DNA of 64,000 nucleotides from Candidatus Kapaibacterium sp. (GTDB lineage Bacteria; Bacteroidota; Ignavibacteria; Kapaibacteriales; UBA7675): NCBI GenBank assembly GCA_028284775.1, contig JANQRB010000031.1, positions 3,360 to 67,359 of the forward strand, read 5' to 3'. Shown piece by piece: positions 60,312 to 64,000 of this stretch (position 1 is its first letter; each line of letters starts with the position of its first letter). The notes under the pieces were generated by a model. It saw only the letters and a program-made list of their open reading frames with translations, ran no database searches and was not told where the DNA came from. The position numbers and the translations under genes were made by a program.

Positions 60312-60812
60312 TTACACGGTCTTATCTGATCGCCTTAGATTTCCGAACACAAGAACGACGAAGCCCGTCATTACCGCGACATCCGCTACATTGAAAATGC
60401 CGCTGCGCAGCGTGCCGACACCGACATTCAGAAAGTCGACCACAACGCCGTTCTGTGTTGCGCGGTCGATCAGATTACCGATCCCTCCGGCCAGGATCAG
60501 TATCAGCGCTATAAACTGCGTTCGCGCCATTTTCCACCTGACAATCAGGTAGCCGAGAAGCAGTAAGAGCAGCAGGCCCGTTAGGACTATCAGCAGCGCA
60601 AAACGCAACTCAGCGCTAAGTTCCTGTCCGAGACCGAGAAAAGCTCCGGTGTTTTCGGCATAAACCAATCGCAGCGTATCGCCGAGGAAACTGTGCACTC
60701 CGGCGTCCTTCAAATGTTCTTCCGCGAGTTGTTTGCTGAACTGATCGCAGGCGACGCAGGGCAGCAAAATCACAAGCGCCAGCACAAGGCGCGTTACACG
60801 TCCGGTGACCAT
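60312..60812 (-). CDS. lspA: Lipoprotein signal peptidase II
   Basis: DQFSK, NTGAFLG, GGIGNLIDR, VVDFL, FNVAD. Confidence 0.95.
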   Translation of the reverse strand: MVTGRVTRLVLALVILLPCVACDQFSKQLAEEHLKDAGVHSFLGDTLRLVYAENTGAFLGLGQELSAELRFALLIVLTGLLLLLLLGYLIVRWKMARTQFIALILILAGGIGNLIDRATQNGVVVDFLNVGVGTLRSGIFNVADVAVMTGFVVLVFGNLRRSDKTV

Positions 60813-60872
60813 TTTTTCCTCAACAAAGCTACGGCCGAGCAGCCTTCCATCATCGATCGCTTCCCAGGCTTG

Positions 60873-61739
60873 TCATGCCTGAGCCGTGGAAGGAACTATC
60901 CAGGGTGAAGCCCCGAAAGGCCACGCACCATACACAAAGCAGTTGTTTTGCACGGCGGCAAACGAGACATCAGCCAACTGTAATTTATCAGTCATAAACC
61001 GAAATTCGACTGTCTTGTCGCTTGCCTGACTGATATAAGGATAGATAGCATCGAAGCCCGGCATCGTCGATGCTGCAATGTCGTAAATCTTCAGATGCTC
61101 TGCTTCACGCTCGCATAATATCACTATGTTTAATTCATCGACAAAGTAAATATTTTTCCGCAGCACATACAGGCAGTGGAACATAAACAGCCGGGGATTC
61201 ATTGACGCCAGCATATCGGAGACCGGCGCGCGCGCGGAGGCGATTCGCATCAGGATAGCACGATCGTCCTCTAAGTCGACATTTAACAATCGTGCTCCGG
61301 GTACGGGCGGCCGTCCCGCAACGGAAATATGCGCGGCACTTTCAGCGGCGGGGCGAAAACCGCATTTCGTATAAAATGGAATCGCGTCCTCGTCTGCGAA
61401 GAGATAATAAAAGTCATGCTCCGCGGCGGCTTGCTCCATCGCTATGGCAGTCAACTGTCTGTTTAAGCCCCGGCGACGGAAGTCCGGCAGCGTACCGACG
61501 CCCGATATTTGCCCGACACGACGACGGCGGCCCTGAACAATCATATCCATCGAATAGAGACAGACGCTTGAGACAATACGATTATCCTGAAAATAGGAAT
61601 AGGGTTGATAGTCATAGTCCCAGTAGCCCAGCCGATCCCATAAGCTGAGGTCGAGCCCGTGAATCCGGATGATAAAATCCAGAAAGGCCTGTTTACGCCC
61701 TTGCTCATCCCAATAATTTGCGTGCATATCAAGTTTCAC
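60873..61739 (-). CDS. GNAT family N-acetyltransferase
   Basis: VGTLPDFRRRGLNRQL...FYTKCGF; GTG start after GAGGAG. Confidence 0.88.
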   Translation of the reverse strand: MKLDMHANYWDEQGRKQAFLDFIIRIHGLDLSLWDRLGYWDYDYQPYSYFQDNRIVSSVCLYSMDMIVQGRRRRVGQISGVGTLPDFRRRGLNRQLTAIAMEQAAAEHDFYYLFADEDAIPFYTKCGFRPAAESAAHISVAGRPPVPGARLLNVDLEDDRAILMRIASARAPVSDMLASMNPRLFMFHCLYVLRKNIYFVDELNIVILCEREAEHLKIYDIAASTMPGFDAIYPYISQASDKTVEFRFMTDKLQLADVSFAAVQNNCFVYGAWPFGASPWIVPSTAQA

Positions 61740-61785
61740 GGCTTCTCCTCGCGGGTTTGGTATCATCAGCTTGACGGCAGATGTC

Positions 61786-62295
61786 TCATCCGAACTTTTC
61801 GTCCGGTCCGGCAGAATGCCTGGCTCTCTCGGACTTGCCGGCACTTACTTTTCCAAGATAACAGGTTCTGGCCTGAGCTTCGGCTGGAATCTGCCAGAAC
61901 TCGTCGCGTAACTCGGGCGGGGCAAGGTTTATGAGCCTAAGTTCTTCCCGCTGAAACCATCGCGACTGCTTTGCCAGGTCTTGACCGGCCGGTGGATTGT
62001 CCCGCAATGTCCCTCGTGGACTGTGAACGGCGAAAAACAATTCCAGGCTGTGGCGCCGGATCTCCGGCTCGACAAATTCCCGAAGATAGAGCAATTGGCC
62101 CACTTCAACCTGCAATCCGGTTTCTTCCTCTATTTCCCGGCGTACACAATCAGGCAGCGAAGAATCGCAGGACTCGAAGCCGCCGCCGGGCGGAACCCAG
62201 ATTGCATCGCCGGAGTCCACACATTGCTCGCGGACCAGCAGCATCCGCTGCTCTTCATCCACGAGAATTCCCGCCGCTCTTATTCGCTGCTGCAT
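61786..62295 (-). CDS. NUDIX hydrolase
   Basis: PGGG...CVRREIEEETGL Nudix box. Confidence 0.9.
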   Translation of the reverse strand: MQQRIRAAGILVDEEQRMLLVREQCVDSGDAIWVPPGGGFESCDSSLPDCVRREIEEETGLQVEVGQLLYLREFVEPEIRRHSLELFFAVHSPRGTLRDNPPAGQDLAKQSRWFQREELRLINLAPPELRDEFWQIPAEAQARTCYLGKVSAGKSERARHSAGPDEKFG

Positions 62296-62389
62296 CTTTA
62301 ATCCGTCTTTGTTTGAACGCGTTTTGTTTAACGTCAGGCTTTTACAAGCCTATGTTTGTCCGGCTCGTTTCGGGCATTGTTCGCCGGGA

Positions 62390-63184
62390 CTAAACATTCA
62401 GCAACAGCTCAACCGAATGCTCCCGCAGTTCGAAGCCTAGCGACCGGTAAATGGCGGCCGCAACAGAATCCTCTTCGGCGACTATCACGAGATTGGCGAT
62501 ACCCAACGTCGTCAGTGCATAGCGCGAGACCTCGTAGACCAGTGTGCTGCACACGCCGCGTCGTCGAAAGGCCGGGTAGGTCAGAACTTCGCGAAAGCGC
62601 CCCAGGTCACCATCGTGAAACAGACCCAAATCGCCAAGCTGGCGCTCTCTGTCAAAAGCGCCGAACCATGCGCCGCGGCCGGCGTCAACCATTGCGCGAA
62701 AGCGCCGTTTTTGCCGTCGCTGAAAATTGCTGTAACTCTCGAGAGAATACTTGTCGTCGCGATCAGCTATATGTTCAGCCAGCGAGATGTCCCATTCTCT
62801 TTTGTCTGCAAATCTTCGCACATTAAGATCGGCCCGATAGGAAGGCGGCTGCCTGACAGAATCAGCCGTCAAAATATCGCAGCGGCTTAACTCGAATCCC
62901 GCAGCTAGAAAAGGAGCGATCTCCCCTTCAGTGCCGTCGACTCCGTCCCATGTTAATGCGATGTGCTCGATACCGGCCTTGTTGCCGAGTTCACGGGCAA
63001 ACAGCGAGGTCCATCGTTCGTAGTCGCCCTCGACCGGCGCTGCCGGGAACAGCAAATAGTTACCCCAGCAATAACCCGGGTTGGCGGGTGTGCGCACGAC
63101 AATGTAGTCGCCGCGATCGATTACCTCGCCTTCAAAACGCGGAAAGATTAAGTCGCTGCGGAGCCCCAGAGATTGTATCTGCAT
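62390..63184 (-). CDS. GNAT family N-acetyltransferase
   Basis: TPANPGYCWGNYLLF; VLTYPAFRRRGVC...IYRSLGF. Confidence 0.9.
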   Translation of the reverse strand: MQIQSLGLRSDLIFPRFEGEVIDRGDYIVVRTPANPGYCWGNYLLFPAAPVEGDYERWTSLFARELGNKAGIEHIALTWDGVDGTEGEIAPFLAAGFELSRCDILTADSVRQPPSYRADLNVRRFADKREWDISLAEHIADRDDKYSLESYSNFQRRQKRRFRAMVDAGRGAWFGAFDRERQLGDLGLFHDGDLGRFREVLTYPAFRRRGVCSTLVYEVSRYALTTLGIANLVIVAEEDSVAAAIYRSLGFELREHSVELLLNV

Positions 63185-63310
63185 CGATTTTCTGTCTCTA
63201 TTTCATCGTCAGTGCAAGGATTGAATTAGCGCAGCACATTCCGAATCGCAGCTATCTGTCCGGCAGCGTAGCCGGCCTTGACTTCGCCTTGGTTCAAAAA
63301 GCTGTGACGA

Positions 63311-63745
63311 TTAATTGCGCAGCTTTTCGATACGTTCCAGGGCCGCCGCGAGATGAGGCGCCGCAAACCCGTCTTTGTTAAAGCCGTCCTTGACATGAAC
63401 AATATGTTCGTCGGCAATGTAAGGAACAATCTCGTCGACAAAATCATCGATCACAAGATATTGCTTGCCGATGTTCTTATTCGTCAACCAGGATAGAATT
63501 TCAGCGCCGCGACAGGTTAATATCGGCGTGACGTCGATAATCGGCGCAGCCAGACAGCTGAGTATGCTGCGCAGCTCCTCCAACGTATGCGCTGCCCGCC
63601 AGGTCGATGTGATAACAATTTCACTAGACTGACAGCCAAGTAATTTGTTAAGACAAGCGACCGCATTTTCAGAGAGCAGATCCTCAGAGGCAGCCCAGCT
63701 GGCGGATGTCGTAATTACTCCGTCCAGATCCGGAAAAATCGTCAT
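63311..63745 (-). CDS. HAD domain protein (HAD_SAK_2, Swiss-Army-knife RNA-repair-like)
   Basis: DLDGV, IVITSTWR, IIDVTP, EILSWL, LVIDD. Confidence 0.85.
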   Translation of the reverse strand: MTIFPDLDGVITTSASWAASEDLLSENAVACLNKLLGCQSSEIVITSTWRAAHTLEELRSILSCLAAPIIDVTPILTCRGAEILSWLTNKNIGKQYLVIDDFVDEIVPYIADEHIVHVKDGFNKDGFAAPHLAAALERIEKLRN

Positions 63746-63803
63746 GTCAGCAAGTTATTGCAAAAGCGGCCGCGAGCCAAGACCCCCTGGCAGCCGACGG
63801 CTT

Positions 63804-64000
63804 TTATGTCATCGCATCCCGGATCATTTTGGTATCGGCGAACTGGCGGAATCGGCTAACCTGACCTTCCCGGACATCATAAACATGAGCGGCGTCGGAA
63901 CGGAACTCCTTCCCGCTGGTGGCGTGCCGGCCATAGTAGGCGCCGATGACGATGATCGTGTCACCGGCATCAAGATATTTCAGGATATCAAAGCGCCATT
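63804..64000 (-). CDS. SnoaL/NTF2-like protein, 5' part outside window
   Basis: Manual translation WRFDILKYLDAGDTIIVIGAYYGRHATSGKEFRSDAAHVYDVREGQVSRFRQFADTKMIRDAMT*. Confidence 0.85.
   Translation of the reverse strand, partial: WRFDILKYLDAGDTIIVIGAYYGRHATSGKEFRSDAAHVYDVREGQVSRFRQFADTKMIRDAMT

Noticed and set aside
26296-64000. Integron cassette array
   Set aside because: No intI and no convincing RYYYAAC...GTTRRRY attC structures after stop codons in the spacers inspected by eye.

Overview
Bacterial genomic window with no rRNA, tRNA, CRISPR array or integrase seen. Two secreted proteins carry T9SS/FlgD-like C-terminal sorting domains, so the host is probably FCB-group-like (inference). The left 25 kb holds a truncated WG-repeat gene, a translationally coupled pair (FG-GAP/ASPIC-UnbV protein plus a 501-aa unknown) and a four-gene minus-strand Tc (ABC) toxin locus. 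That locus comprises: (1) a TcB-TcC fusion whose RHS-released payload looks like a His-Me finger nuclease; (2) a TcA with an inserted ~70-aa repeat; (3) a protein built from a Cys-rich peptide, a Hint domain, a degenerate M48-like domain and an Ig fold; (4) a small Cys-cluster protein. The two accessory genes are the best candidate for an undescribed system. The remaining ~39 kb is mostly minus-strand stand-alone small genes: MFS, deacetylase, cupins, DinB x2, SnoaL x3, GNAT x2, retropepsins x2, NUDIX, lspA, an orphan fabA and a class V aminotransferase. It also contains a T9SS-type serine protease, a PKD-repeat secreted protein, a dinD remnant and a dispersed ~110-bp palindromic intergenic element. 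All family assignments come from motif recognition by eye; no database search was run.
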